Shown: piece by piece, positions 21,001 through 34,703 of the stretch
How positions within the stretch are numbered: position 1 is the first letter of the stretch
Layout of the letters: the number at the start of each line of letters is the position of its first letter
Virus record (IMG/VR): IMGVR_UViG_3300045988_085724
Location: 1 to 64,000 of that record
DNA length: 64,000 nucleotides
DNA from: a virus
Reading direction: 5' to 3' (one strand)
Made by a program: the position numbers and the translations under genes
The notes under the pieces: model-generated
The model's input: the letters and a program-made list of their open reading frames with translations, nothing else
Database searches by the model: none
What the model was told of the DNA's origin: nothing

Positions 21001-24000
21001 ACCATCTTTATATTCTACTGCTCCCTAAGAACCAACCTTTACAGCAGAATCCATAAGTAGCATGTCCACTTTTTCATTTAACATTTTCTGATAGATACCG
21101 GCCATATGTCCTGTAGCAATACCTGGGAACAATGGGAACAATGCAAATTTATTGTAATATGCCACACATACATCTGACATCTTCTCGTCATTTAATGTAT
21201 GATCTCTAAATCCATATGCAGTATATTTGGTTGTAACTATGTTTACAGCTTCGTATACAGTATTATATGCTTCAACTTTAGATGTCCAAGTTCCAGCTTC
21301 TTTACCGCTAAGCAAATCAAATGCAGCCTTAACTTTTCCAGTCAATTGTCCACGCATACGTAACAAACTTTCGCACATGTTCGCTGTAATATAAGATGCA
21401 CCATCAGCAACATTAATATCTTCATCATAAGCAGCTGCAAATTTTTCAGACAATTCTTCTGCATTGCTAACTGCCTTTATGATTTTATCAATATTACCTT
21501 CTTCGCCTAAATATTTACCTAAAATGTTTCTTAAATAGTCGCGATCTTTTAAACTAGATATGTCATTGAGTGCATATATACTATGCCAGATTTCTTTCTT
21601 TACACTATCTTTTTCATTAAGCAGCTTCTATAATTTTATTTCGGCCTAGTTTTCAAAAACTAACTTAGCAGATCTTGCATCTTTACCAATGGTTGATTCA
21701 TCTTCAGCGAAATATTCATCAATTACATTTTCTGCCGCAATTGCTGCAGATTCTCTAGCACATGAAGATTTAAATAGTTCACGTAATCTACCTGCAATAT
21801 TTGCAGTAGATCCTACTGTATAATCGGAACATTCTGCACAACGATACGTCTGTGACATATACGGTGCTGGAACGTTATCTTCTCCAGTAGATACTAGACC
21901 ACCAATACGTTTTTGCAGATCGGCTGTACTATCTTTAATACACCCACGCTTCATATCGTACGCTACCTTAAATTCTCCAGGATGTCCTACAAAACATCTA
22001 AGTGTTTCTTGAGATGATATAATACTACGAATAGTACCATCCTATAAGATAGCTGCTATAGCAAGACTTCTACAAGCTTCAAATCTAGCATTTTTTTCTG
22101 CACCAGCAGGCATGTTCTTAAATCCTTCTATGGAATTCATTATCTACAATGCTACTGTTTGAATCTACTTATTATTGAGATGTACATTTGTAAGATTTAA
22201 TTTAGAAAGCGTATCGTTAGCGTAAGCTCCAATAGTACCATCTCCTTTATCCCAATCTTTTCGTTCTATTAAACCAAGAGACTGTGCTTTATCTATTTCT
22301 GCATCCAGCTGACTTTCAAGAGTTAGCGCCATAATTTCACGCTTTTCTTCAAGCGTTTTATTAAAGAACTGTTCGTTTGCAAGTTTTAATAGATCAACGC
22401 TGCTGATATTTGGATTATTTAGATTAATAGTATCTATTTTTTGTATTTGATTTCCATCTTTGTCCTTATCGTTTCTAAATACACGTAATTCAGTTAACGA
22501 TAAGAATCTAGTACCATTAGGTTCTACTCCCTGCTTATTCTTGGTATGATAGTTTTTTATACGAGCGGCTTTCGGAATAGCACTTTTTCTAACCTTTTCA
22601 TATCCAGGTATTTCAGGATATCCTAATTCATCCATACATTGACATATTGCCAGCTTTTCACCTTCTGCATACTGTATCATTTGATCAAGTACTGCATTAG
22701 ATGGACGTAAATGTGGAACAAAACCTACTTTTGTTTTCTACCATATTATAGTAGGAACATTTTTTACGGTGCATTGTTTATTGCCAAATTGATCGACAGT
22801 TTCTCCAAATTCAATACCTGGTATCTTTACACCGTCAATACACATCCACGTACCTTTATCTGCCAATGTTGGGAATATTAATATACCCTATTGAAGCATT
22901 GCCATTTTAGTAATATAGTCGTCTATCTGAGATTCCAACTTATATTCCGTTCCATTGTCATTACGGTTATCAGTCTTTAGACCAAGGTATGTGAATACAC
23001 GCAGTTTGTTATTCTTATTACGTAATATTATAGAGCCTGAAGGAATTCCATTTACAGTCTATATATTATATCCAAACCTATTTAAACGTTGAATTAACGG
23101 GTTATTTGGGTCATTTGTATTAAGCGCATCTACAATAGTCGTAATACTATTGTTCTGTGAAATAGAGAAGTATCTCTTTCCACCAAGGCCTTGTGCCATG
23201 TTACTAATAGTAATACGATTATATGCTCCTTGCATATTACCAAGTTCTTTTACGAATCCATTATTGACGTAACCCTTTAATACATTTTGCTGGTTTACAG
23301 ATCCATCTGGATTTACAAAAGAATTCAATAGATCTATAAATGTAGTTATCTGAGATACACCTTTATTTGTGAACATCTAAGCTAATCCTTCATATCCTAT
23401 GTCTCCATATGCTGTAGATAGCATATGATCGAGTGCTTCTTTTGTAAATATTATACCTATCTTATTTAATTTAGATATAATCTAATCTTTTAGTACATCT
23501 ATTTCACGATATGCAGCTTTATGATAAGTTATTCCATCAAGAGTTAGTTCGTCATTTGTAGATGTAATCCACTCTCTAATATCAGATAATGATTTAGCAG
23601 TTCTACTAAATATATCCTGTCCTTTTGGGCCTCCCATGCCTTCTCTAAATGTTAAATGGCCATTCTAATCTCTATTTCTATTGAATACAGATACCTGTCC
23701 AGAAACTAAGAAGTTAGTCCATTGTGTAGAGAACATTCGTTTGTCACGGTCAAGCGACGATTCTTTTATAGTTACTGATTTACTACCATCAGCTTGTCGT
23801 TCAGATTGAGCATAAACGAAAGTATGCTTCATACTATGCAAAGCTCCAACTATTTGCAACATATATGCCTCTTTATCATAGTCGATCTTTACGTTATTGT
23901 TTTCATCAACAGCATATGCTTGTGTATACAATGCATGGAACTTGTCGTATATGAACTTATACATAGGTTTAGCATTAGATTTTTTAGCCAATTCATTGTC

Positions 24001-27000
24001 CAGTTCCTCAGCAGTAGTAACCTTTCCGAATTCATTTATAAGCACATTATAAACTTCTTCAAGTGGCATAAATGTAGGTGATTGGAATTTATTCTTAGAC
24101 AAATCATATGCAACAACGCGCCCATTTTCAGTATCCTACCATGTGAGATATGGTACAGTAGCGAAGAAGAATTTTACGCTATCTGGAATTGAATCAAGTT
24201 TAGAAAATTCGTATGAAGCTCTATCGAATTTATCGATATTGCTGTTCATTACTTTTTCATCTTCATCCTCATTGTCACGTTCATCTATTTTTCCAGCATA
24301 TCTCGTAATGGCATTTTTAATGTATTCATTTACTTTTGGAATAAGTATATCTAAGTTAGGATAGCTTACTTTCTTACCTATCGGTGCATCATTTTGTTTA
24401 GCATTAGGTGCATATTCATATGTGATATCAGCTTTAAATACTTCTCTATATGCTCTTTGTGAATAAGTAAGATCTTTTTCTGGTATTCCTTTTCCACATA
24501 ATGCATCTATGAATTCCTAAGGTAATGCTCTAATGAGATCTTTAGAAGTTTGTAGTTTTAGATCCGAAGCGTTTAATGCATCGAGTTTAAGCACTCTAGC
24601 TGCAAAGAATCCTAATGACTCAACCATATCCTATACATCAGCACTATTATGTAATTCTGTAAAATTAACAGATTTTCCAGTCTTTGTGTTTGTTACAGTA
24701 TAATGAAGACCTCCCTTGAACAATTTATCAAACCTAGCTTTTTGCTTTTCACTAATAGTAGCATTACGATATTTTCCATTTGTAGTATCGTTGAATACTT
24801 GGTATAGTTCTGTCGTTCCTCGTAAGCCTACTTTTCGTAATATACCTATAGTTATACCTATTTTCTTAAACCATGAGAATAGACGTTTATACCATTTAGA
24901 CTTGTCTGAATCTCTACGATTTGCCATATACCTTGTGAACAGATCAGCAAATTCTTCTGCTATTTGTCTATCCGTAGCGTTCTTATGACGACTTCTAAAT
25001 CGTTCATATAGTCTATCACGAGTATTTTCAGGAACAAGTAATTCAAATATTTTATGGAATGCCTCATGATAAGCTGCGCTCTTTGGAGCATGCGTAGATA
25101 AATCAATCGATAATGCATGACAAACACCCATAATATATTCATTGCCAATCTGCCCTAAACAGGTATCATCTTCAAGATTTAATGTAGATCCATGTTTTGC
25201 CAAATCACCTAAGACTTCATCAAAAAAGTTTAATACATCATCTTTAGTTGATTGTGACCATCCACTACTAGCAGGGTTCTCTTTCTGCTTCATTGATAGA
25301 CCGCCATCAAGTATATCAAATATACGCTGTCTATTCTCTTCTTTTTGTTTTTGATCAATTTTTTGCTCTGCAATTTGATTAGCAGCGGCTTGATTGCTAG
25401 TAGCATCTATATCGTTCTCATTTACTAGTTCACAACTAGTAATATTCACCTATGTATAAGACTGTCCTATAGCTTTTGTAACAAGCAAACCTTTTCTGAG
25501 CATGCATCCTAACCAAGTAGATCCTACAGAATTAGCATTCTAATGTGTAAAATCATCGCGAGTCATTACTAACCCGTTAGGTAATTCTATTTCATTTACA
25601 GATGTATTTAAGAATTGTGAACGAACTGCTTCAAATAAACTGTTTGACGACTAAGCTACATTAAAGTTCAATTCTTTGGCATTGATCGTCACACTCATTG
25701 AAGCTATTTTTTGTACTAACCTTTCGCGTTCTTTAAAATCATTTATATTAAATAAAGTATCTCCAATTTTTATACCATTGACATTACCTTGTTTAACAAT
25801 TTCAACCATATTGGTTGTTTTGTTATATTGGGAAAGAATCCTGGTATCATTTGGATTTTGCACATACAATAACTGATGGGCAAGCTGATACGTATCATAT
25901 CCTTTATACGTAGTTTCTCCATTATACAATGCTATTAGAATGTCAGCAAGTTTAGATGCCATTGATGGGTTTACCTGGCCTATAGTAGCTCCTACAATTG
26001 GAATGCCTATAGTTTTCTTATTTCCAGTATAATATTTATATATAATAGCACCACTGTTGATTCTAAGAGTTTGCTTCTTAAATTCCTCATCAAATCCAGT
26101 TATAAGCTAATTCATACTTGGACCTGTATATACATCGTAACTAAATGTTCCATCTGGTTTACGTCTAAAATCGCTTATACCAATTCTACTACTAGGAGTA
26201 GCTGCTACAGTATATAAATCTATTTCGTTACCGTATCCTTTAAATACAAACTCCATTGGAGAATGGTAATTACCGTTTTTATCGTATTCTATACTACCTT
26301 TATTTGTATTGAATGTAACATTTATTTTTGCTCCAGGATGAGTTTTAACGTATTCTACCATTTCAAGGTAACGTTTTATAAACTTCTTCTGTCCTTGATT
26401 TACATTACGTATTCTACGTCTTTCGTCTTCGGTAGCATTTGGATAGTACGATTCATCTATCATTAATGGAATATCTGCCCAGTGTTTTTTGCCGTCTTTA
26501 TCAATATATTCAATATACACAATAGGCTCTCCACGTTTTATCGCATAAGAAGCACCTGTACGCGGATTTTTGTAACCCCCGTCTTTAGTTGCTAACTATA
26601 AACTAAACGTTGCTTTCTCTAAAAAGTCAGGCTGCTTTGACATCCAGTAATAATTATTATTTATGCTCATTGCATTCCATGAAAGCGGATGTATCTTAGA
26701 TATACTATAATAATCTTTAAATGCATGTGGCATTCTATTTATTCGTTCCAATTCGCTTTTAGGAGGTCCTGGGAACTGTTCATCTTCTACATCACCATAG
26801 AGAATATTGAATTCATTAGATAAATCGCGTACAGATTTAATCACATTTGCAAGTGAACCTCTCTGTACAGGATCATTTCCAATACGATGATCTAAGAAGT
26901 CCTAAGCATTATCAAGCAATACTGATAGATAATTGTTTATTAACGAATTATACCAGGCTTGTAATTTTTCATGTCCGTATAAATCATGTAACACATGATC

Positions 27001-30000
27001 TCTCAACGTCTTTTCCCAAGAACTCAATTGGGTGAAATACGAATTATAATTATCATGTGCTCCTGCAAAAGTAGTTAGCCACCATCTTTGCATGAACATA
27101 GACGCAGCTCCGAAATACTATCTATTCTAAACAAGTTTTTCAACAGCAGATGCAATAAGTTCTTCTTCTGCAGTGACATCGACTCCTACCAAAGATTTAG
27201 TTTGAAGTACATCATCAAGTGCACATTGAGCATCAAATATAGCTTTATATATTTTATTAATTAAAGATTTATCTTCTGCACTAATTGGCTTTCCTGGAGT
27301 AAATTCATCTAGCAACAAATCCAATTCTCTACAGCTGTCATCTAAGAATTCTACTAATTCAATAGAGGTTGGTTGCGATTCTGAAATTGCTTCTACATAT
27401 TGCTTGAAATACTCTTCCTCTTCTTCGGATCTAAGCTATGCTTCTCGCTAAGTCTTTACTTCAGTATAGTGAATATTTAATTCATTCTGCTTCTCTTGAA
27501 TTTCTTGTAACTGTTGACTGAGTTTATCAGCGATTTCATCACAGTCTTTCAATGACACAGGGATAGGATACTGAATAGTCTGTATCTCATTCTGATTATC
27601 GTATAAATTTTGCCCTAATTTCTTTACTTGTTTAAGTATATCGTTATATGCAAGTGCAGTTTCGTTATACTTATTTACGATTTCAACAATAGCTTGCTGT
27701 TTTACACGCATAAGTTCTTCCCATTCATCTTGGCTCAATCCTTCATATTCATTTTTTTCCAGAGAATTCTTGAGAGTAACAGGTAGGAATTTAATTATGT
27801 CGCCTTGCTTTTGAATCGAAATAAAACGTCCGTCTGCCAGTACCGGTAATACGCCCAATGATGTAACATCTCTTCCTGTTTTCTTAGAAATCATATCTTG
27901 TAGATTATGAAGTATGTCTTCTTCACGCTCACGTATACGATAATGTGCCTACATTCCAGGTTTATATTCCCATCTACTAAGTATATCTGTATAAGATGAT
28001 AATACATCTATTATACGAATTTCACCTTTTTCATTTGTAAGTATAATGTCGGCTTCTTCGCATGTTTTAGTGTCCAAATCATATACATTCTATGCTGTAG
28101 TAACGATAGTATATCCAGCCATTGATAATGTGTTCCTAAGACCTATACAATCCTATATTAGTTCATTAAAATCAGGACCATATATACTAGGTTCAAGTTC
28201 CAATTCTCTACCAAGCAATGTAGCAATTACAGCATTTCTAACTTTAATTCCGGCTATAATACTATCAGTAGGATGTACTGCGATTGCATTTCTAGCAATA
28301 GCTTCAATTATACCAGGAATGTTTTTATACTTTAGATACTCTTTATATTGTACAGGAGTATTTCTAAATATAGATTCGAGTTTATTTAAAAAGGCTTCGT
28401 CTGAATTCTTAACATTATTTAATTCAGCTATAATCTGATTGAGAGTTAGCTTATTTGTATCAGATATTTTATCAGCAGCTTCTTTATTTGTACATAATAC
28501 TGGGCCATTCTCAGTTTCAACAATTACATCAAAATAAGATGCAGTAGCTTTATCAATCTTAGCTTCATCTTGATTTAATATATGCTGAACAGGATTTGTT
28601 ATCTGTGTCTCAGGACGTATATACGGTGGTTTTGCAACAACACCATATGCCACAACCTCATCAGCAGAACTTACATTGCTAGCAAAATCAGGCTGTTGAA
28701 ATGCAATTTTTATAGCGTTCTTTATATATAACTGCTTTAATTGAGGTATATAGTCTTTTATATCAATATCACCTGCAATCTCTTTTACGTCTTCTATAAA
28801 TTGCTATATTTTATATGCACCTATTTCGGCGTTTTTCATCAGGCTATTGGCAATAGATACCATAGCATCTTGGAATGGAATTATTGCTGCATTCAGATTA
28901 CCTTTCTTCCAATTCTTATAACGCTTCTTGCGACGTTCATATGCATCTTTTGCACGTTGTTTATTACGCTGAAATTTTTCTTCAGATTTTGTAAAAGCTT
29001 CCTTTCTCTTTTCTTTAGTCTGTTCTAATTTAGATTCAGTAGAAGGTGCTGTTGTAGCTGGAGCCGGAGATACAGTAGGTTTACTACTAGGACTTGCCAA
29101 TGGATCTCCTTCTGGTTTCTTGTGTTTGATTGGTAGCTTACTAACTTCTTTGGCTGCACGTTCCTGTTCTTCGGCAACGCTTTCCATATATTTTGCAGTA
29201 GCGTCACCTGCGTACATATCGGCTACCATTGTATCCAATTTATCATTACGCTTTTCAGCTTGCATGATAGTTGAGATACGATGTTTATAAGCATTATTTG
29301 CAACGTCATCTGGGTTATACTCCATCGTAGTATCCTCAGATTCGATTTGTTTTACAAGTTCGTCATCTCCTGCTTTTTTAGCAGCGTTTAATCGTCTATC
29401 TCTATCAGATTCTTTCAGATATTGCTTTTCATTATACTGATATTTACCATCTTTATCCTTAACGATACCGTATTGGAATGTATTCAACGTCTGCTCTGTG
29501 ACAGCCCTGTCTGCACGCAACATTGCCAAGTTTAGTTCAAGCTGCTGAGATTCATCTGTATTGTATTGGGTAACCAATGGAAGAGAATCTATTGTCTTTA
29601 ATGCATCCTCATTAGTCTTACCGAAATCAAGAGTATCATCAATACTTAACAAAAGATCTTTAACTTCTTTTATCTGTTTATCGATATCGTCTGATACCAG
29701 CTTAGAATCTTGTTTTTTAGATTTTATGTTAAGCTTTGCTAATTTAGCATAAATCTAATTAAGAGAATGCTCCTGACGTTTTATGTTAATTAATGCCTTA
29801 AGTCTATTTGCAAGTCTGGTTTGATACAAAACTTTCTGCTTAGCTTCATCAATAAAGTTGGTTTTAGCTTCTTCTTCTGCCGCCTTTCTTGCATCATATA
29901 CCTTCTTCTTGAATTTTTTAGATCCAACTTGCTCTCCAGACTCCTTGGCTTGCTTCATTAGATTTGCTTCTACTTCATCGGCAGCCTAAAGTTGTCTATT

Positions 30001-33000
30001 CTTAAGAAGCATCTGTACTCCAAAATCGGTATCTAGTGCGCTAGTAACAATCTTGCCCATTTCTTCTTGGAATTCTGGTGTATTGTATAACTGTTGCAGA
30101 GCATTATTTTGTGATACAGTCTCTTTGCTGTTTTCAAGTAATGAAGATTGCGTATTATATATATCAGCTACAGCATGAGCATATTCACTTGTACCATATT
30201 TAAATCCTTTTGCTTCAAGCATTCCACGTACTCGCTTGTTTTCAACAAGTCTGTTTATTGTCCGTATAGCATTAAGTTTTTCGTCGTAATCTTCATCTGA
30301 GTGTTTTCTTTCGTCACCATCACGCTGTTTATCTTCTTCATATAATCTAGACAATTCAGATAAAAGAGCGCCTCCTTTGCCTTTCATTGCCCATTTAGCA
30401 AATGTAACATTGGCAGCACGATCTAATTTATCAAGTTCACGACCCATAACAAGGCTTTCTGTAAGCACTTGATCAGCATTGTATTGACGAATTGCATTTG
30501 GTACACTACCAGCAATATTCATTATTGCAGGATGAGCAAATCCTAATGCGAATCCACCGCGTACATTCTGCCAAAACTACTCATCATCAGATAATTCAGA
30601 TTTACTTAATCCAAGCAATGCCATGTATGCGCTAGCAACTCGTCTACCTTGTGCCCAGTCATTTGCCAATAAATCGGCAATATTTGGAACAGAGAATCCA
30701 AACTTAGATGCAAAATCTTCTTGTGAGTTCAAATACTGAACACCTTCTTCTGCACCTTCAGACAATCCAGAAATTACTCCTCTGTTTATAGCATTAAGTC
30801 CATATTTAGCTGCAAGACGCATCCATTGCTTAGGCAATAACTTATCATAGACCCATCTGTATTTATGCATAAACGCACGTCCTAAATCTGCAATATCGGC
30901 CCTAAATGTTTCAGGTAGCATACTTGCTCCTAGTTTAAATACTGGCTTAGTAATTGCTCCGATTGTACCACCTATTACATGGCCACCGTATCCGAATCCA
31001 AGAGAATCCATTATAGTAGCTCCTGTTTCAAATCCGCTGCTCATCTGAGACTTTACAGAATTAAATCCATGCGCAAACTTACTAGCATTTGATTCGGCCT
31101 CTTTTGCACCATATCTGCGCATCCATCTCTGAGCAACTTCTTCTGTAATAGCTCCAGATTTAACCTTACTTGCTATTGTCTACATTTTACGGTCTATTCC
31201 TATAGACATATATTTTCTAGCTGATCCTGTAGGTACTAACTGCATCATAAACTATACTGGAAACTCTCCTGCAGTACGTAAGTTATCTGCCCAGTATTGA
31301 GCCTTAAGTCCTTTTTGGCTTTCAAAAAATGCTGCTTTTAGTTTAGGGCTATTGTTCCTAGTATATCCTGCTATAAAATCACGCATTACATTAGCAACGT
31401 CTTCGTCTGAACCACTATTAAATCTTGAATTAATCCAATCGTCAGACATTCCTTGTGATTTCCAATAAGCTATAGATTGGCGTTTTAAATCATTAACGAT
31501 ATCGTTGTTTCCGTTATCGTCATTTAACTCACGCATCGCCTGCACTAAACTGTCAACTCTTCTTGATCCAACCTCTCCACGGTTTTCATCAAGTGCACCT
31601 TCTATTTGCCATGGAGCACTTGCTATAGTAGAAATGTTCGTTAGTGCTAATGATCCACCTGCAGTAACAGGAGCCAAAGCTATTCCAGCAATAGTTCCAG
31701 CTGCCTACATGGCATTAGCTTTAATTTGAGACAATGATGAGTTAGAACTACCTATCATATTAGGCATTACGTATTTCCAATAATTCCAATCGAATATGCT
31801 TGCATTTTGATTTACTTGTAATCCTTTTTGTATGGCTTTAGATGGCTCAAATATCTAATTCATTCTTGCCTAAAACTTCGCAGTATCTACGTAATCTTGC
31901 TTAGCTTGTTCCCTTTTTATATTCTATTCGCCAAGATAGTGTTCTGTATCAGTCTTATCAAAATCCATAAATCGTTCTCGATCTAAAATATGCATTTCTG
32001 ATTTAGTAAGATTGCCTCGTGTGCGTTGATCAGCTATAAAGCTTTCAACACTAGCTTGTCTGTTTTCTCTATCTTGTGCAATATATGCAGGAATGTATGC
32101 TTGTGTTTTTGGATCTATATACTTATCTTCAGAAGAATATAAAGTATCTTTTTGATTATATCGTTCATTAAGCTGCCTATCATAATCTTCCAAATACTCT
32201 TGTGTTCTACGTTTAGCAATATCCTTACGTAAATTAGCAGCCTTACTGTCAAGAACAGAAGCTCCTTTTACTGAATCCCACAATACACCTGCTCCAAATT
32301 TGACAGTATCCCATACACCCATATTATCAGTGTATTTATCTATTTTATATGCCTAATCTAGGGCCTGTAACTATGGATCCTGCATTTGCTGTTTAAGCTG
32401 AGCAATGCCTGCATTTATCTCATTAATTTTTGATTGTAATTGTCGCTATGCCTATGCGCGTTGTTCAGGAGTTTCGCCAGCCTTAGGAGCATATATTTCT
32501 TTATACATATCTATCTAGCCAGCAGCTTTGTCAATAGACGATTGTAATTCTAGCATCTTGAGATGAGCTTCTGCTCCAGATATATTAGCATCTGCTAATG
32601 AAATATTTCCTATAGACGTTTCCATGTTAGCGTCTATACCACCCTTAAGTGCATTATTTATATGGCCCTGTAAATGAAAGAATCCACGCATTAGCCAGTC
32701 TTCGATAAATACGTGATCCTTAGCTTGCTTTGCAAGCTTTGCCTCATATCCAAGAAATCCGCCTTGCTCGACTTTCCTATCCAAGAATTTTTGATAATTC
32801 TCTTCAGACATTTCTTTATCGCGCATCTTATCAACGCGTTCATTTTCCTCCTTTAGCAATCTATCCTCTTCTTCTTGGCGCTTTCTAATCTCTTCCTAAC
32901 GTTTTTTCTCATTAAGTCTAGCAGTTTCTTTACGCTTTTGTATATACGTATCATAACGCTTTTGTGCCTCTGCACGAACTTTAGCACCTTCTCTTATAGC

Positions 33001-33150
33001 ATTTTGAGTTTTTATCCACTCTTCCAGCTATTTCTTTTTCTTTTCACGCTCCATATCACTTGCAAAAGCCGGTTGAATATATCCATCTTTTATAGGTGCT
33101 TTTAGTGGAGCATAGTAGGCTCTTGGTCCTTTATAACTAATTGTTGCCAT
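15046..33150 (-). CDS. Giant 6034-aa protein, 62 in-frame TAG codons; contains a two-barrel virion RNA polymerase signature (DFDID), a zincin-like HEAFH motif and a C-terminal DUF1848-like CxxxCxxC domain
   Basis: All 29 track fragments share one frame. I codon-split every inter-fragment gap and found 62 TAG, with no TAA or TGA, between ATG 33150 and TAA 15046.

Motif positions:
- GSDFDIDH at 20137-20151;
- YHEAFH at 25054-25068;
- CASSCVYC at 15799-15822. Confidence 0.8.
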
Positions 33151-33157
33151 AATTATT

Positions 33158-34696
33158 TTATTTTACATTAGTAGCTTGTCTTTTATCCATTGTAGGCATA
33201 TATGGAGCTGTACCCTATTCTGTATCCTAATAGTATACTATATTATCTTTATTCGACCTCTATAAGAAGTATCTGTCAAGAATTGGTTTATGAGTTTTAT
33301 CATCAATCTAAATTTCTCCATTTTTCTTCCTAGGTGCACGGAACCATATATTCACAGCTTCACCTCTAAATCTTTTATTTACTCCATCTTGTTTATAATC
33401 TTTAGATTTTAGTTCACCTAATGCGTAAGTTCCGACTTGAGCAATTTCACTTTCATCTACGCCAGCCTATGCTGCCATCATTTTCAGTAAATTATTACTA
33501 GTACTGCGATGTTTGTGTGGCCCGTCAGTAAAACCTTTATCGTTTGTATACATCCATCTTTTACTAACAAGTACGCTTCCAAGTTCATCCTTTGGAACAT
33601 TATAATAACCTGTAAACCGGCCGCTATTATCGTATACTCTAGTTATTCCTCTTCCAGATGGCGGATTTACTCTGTATGCAGGACCATTATGTACAGGGAA
33701 TATGGCACCAGTATTTGTACCAATTCTACGATCCGCATCCTCAAATATATCTACACGTACTCCACCACCATTTCCATCTACATCGTATTTTTGATCAATT
33801 ATCTTTTTCTGTTCATACGCATTGAGATCTAATGCATTATTAAAACTTGCTAGCTTAAACGGATCAGCCTCGTACTCTTTCTTCTTTAATTTATTTCGAT
33901 TTGTAGATACTATTTCATCCAATAACTTATTATTTGCTTCTTCTGTTAATTGTTTATCGGACAATATTGGATTAGCTTTCCTAAGTTCTTCTTTAATTTT
34001 ATGTAGTTGGAATTTGCCTTGCGCACTACTAAGATATACAGGCATCTGCGCTTTAGCTATATTTTTTAAGTCATCAGAATTTAATTCGTACACTCTATTG
34101 CCACCTTCCATACCTTTATATATAGGCTCTACGTCTTTAAACCATCCTTCAGTATCTCCACGTATTCCGGTATATTTATGCGCAACACCGTTCCATGCTC
34201 GACCAGATTTCAATGTGTCATAATCTTTAAACGGACTATTTCCTTCTAATGCATTAGCATATTCATCGAATTCACGATCATATTGACCAGCCTTCTGAAG
34301 GTCACGTACATCTTTCATATACTCTTTAGCGGCTTCTGCAGAACGTTTTAAGTTAGCTAAATCCTAATAAGGTCTACTATAAATGTAGTCATATATTGCA
34401 CTTCTACCTTCGATACTTCTCATTGGGTCTATTCCCTATCTACGTAAATCATCATATAATTTAGATGCTCCGCCTAAAGTAAGATTATAATACGCATCAT
34501 TATCTTTAGCAAAAGGGCTTGAAAAACTTCGTGTATCTTTTACATACTCTTTTAAATCTTGCATTCCTTGCATATAATCTTGGCGCACAGCATTTGCATA
34601 ATTCTACTGTGCTGCCAAGAATAATTGTGCAGTTGCAGGATCAAACATGTCATCCATCTTATAGATAACAGGTTGTTCTTGTCCTAATATATTCAT
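33158..34696 (-). CDS. Hypothetical virion protein, 512 aa, 8 in-frame TAG
   Basis: ATG at 34696 (MNILGQEQPVIYK...) lies 7 nt after the upstream TAA. I translated the whole gene by hand. It ends with TAA at 33158, 7 nt before the next ATG. Confidence 0.65.
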
Positions 34697-34703
34697 TATT
34701 ATA

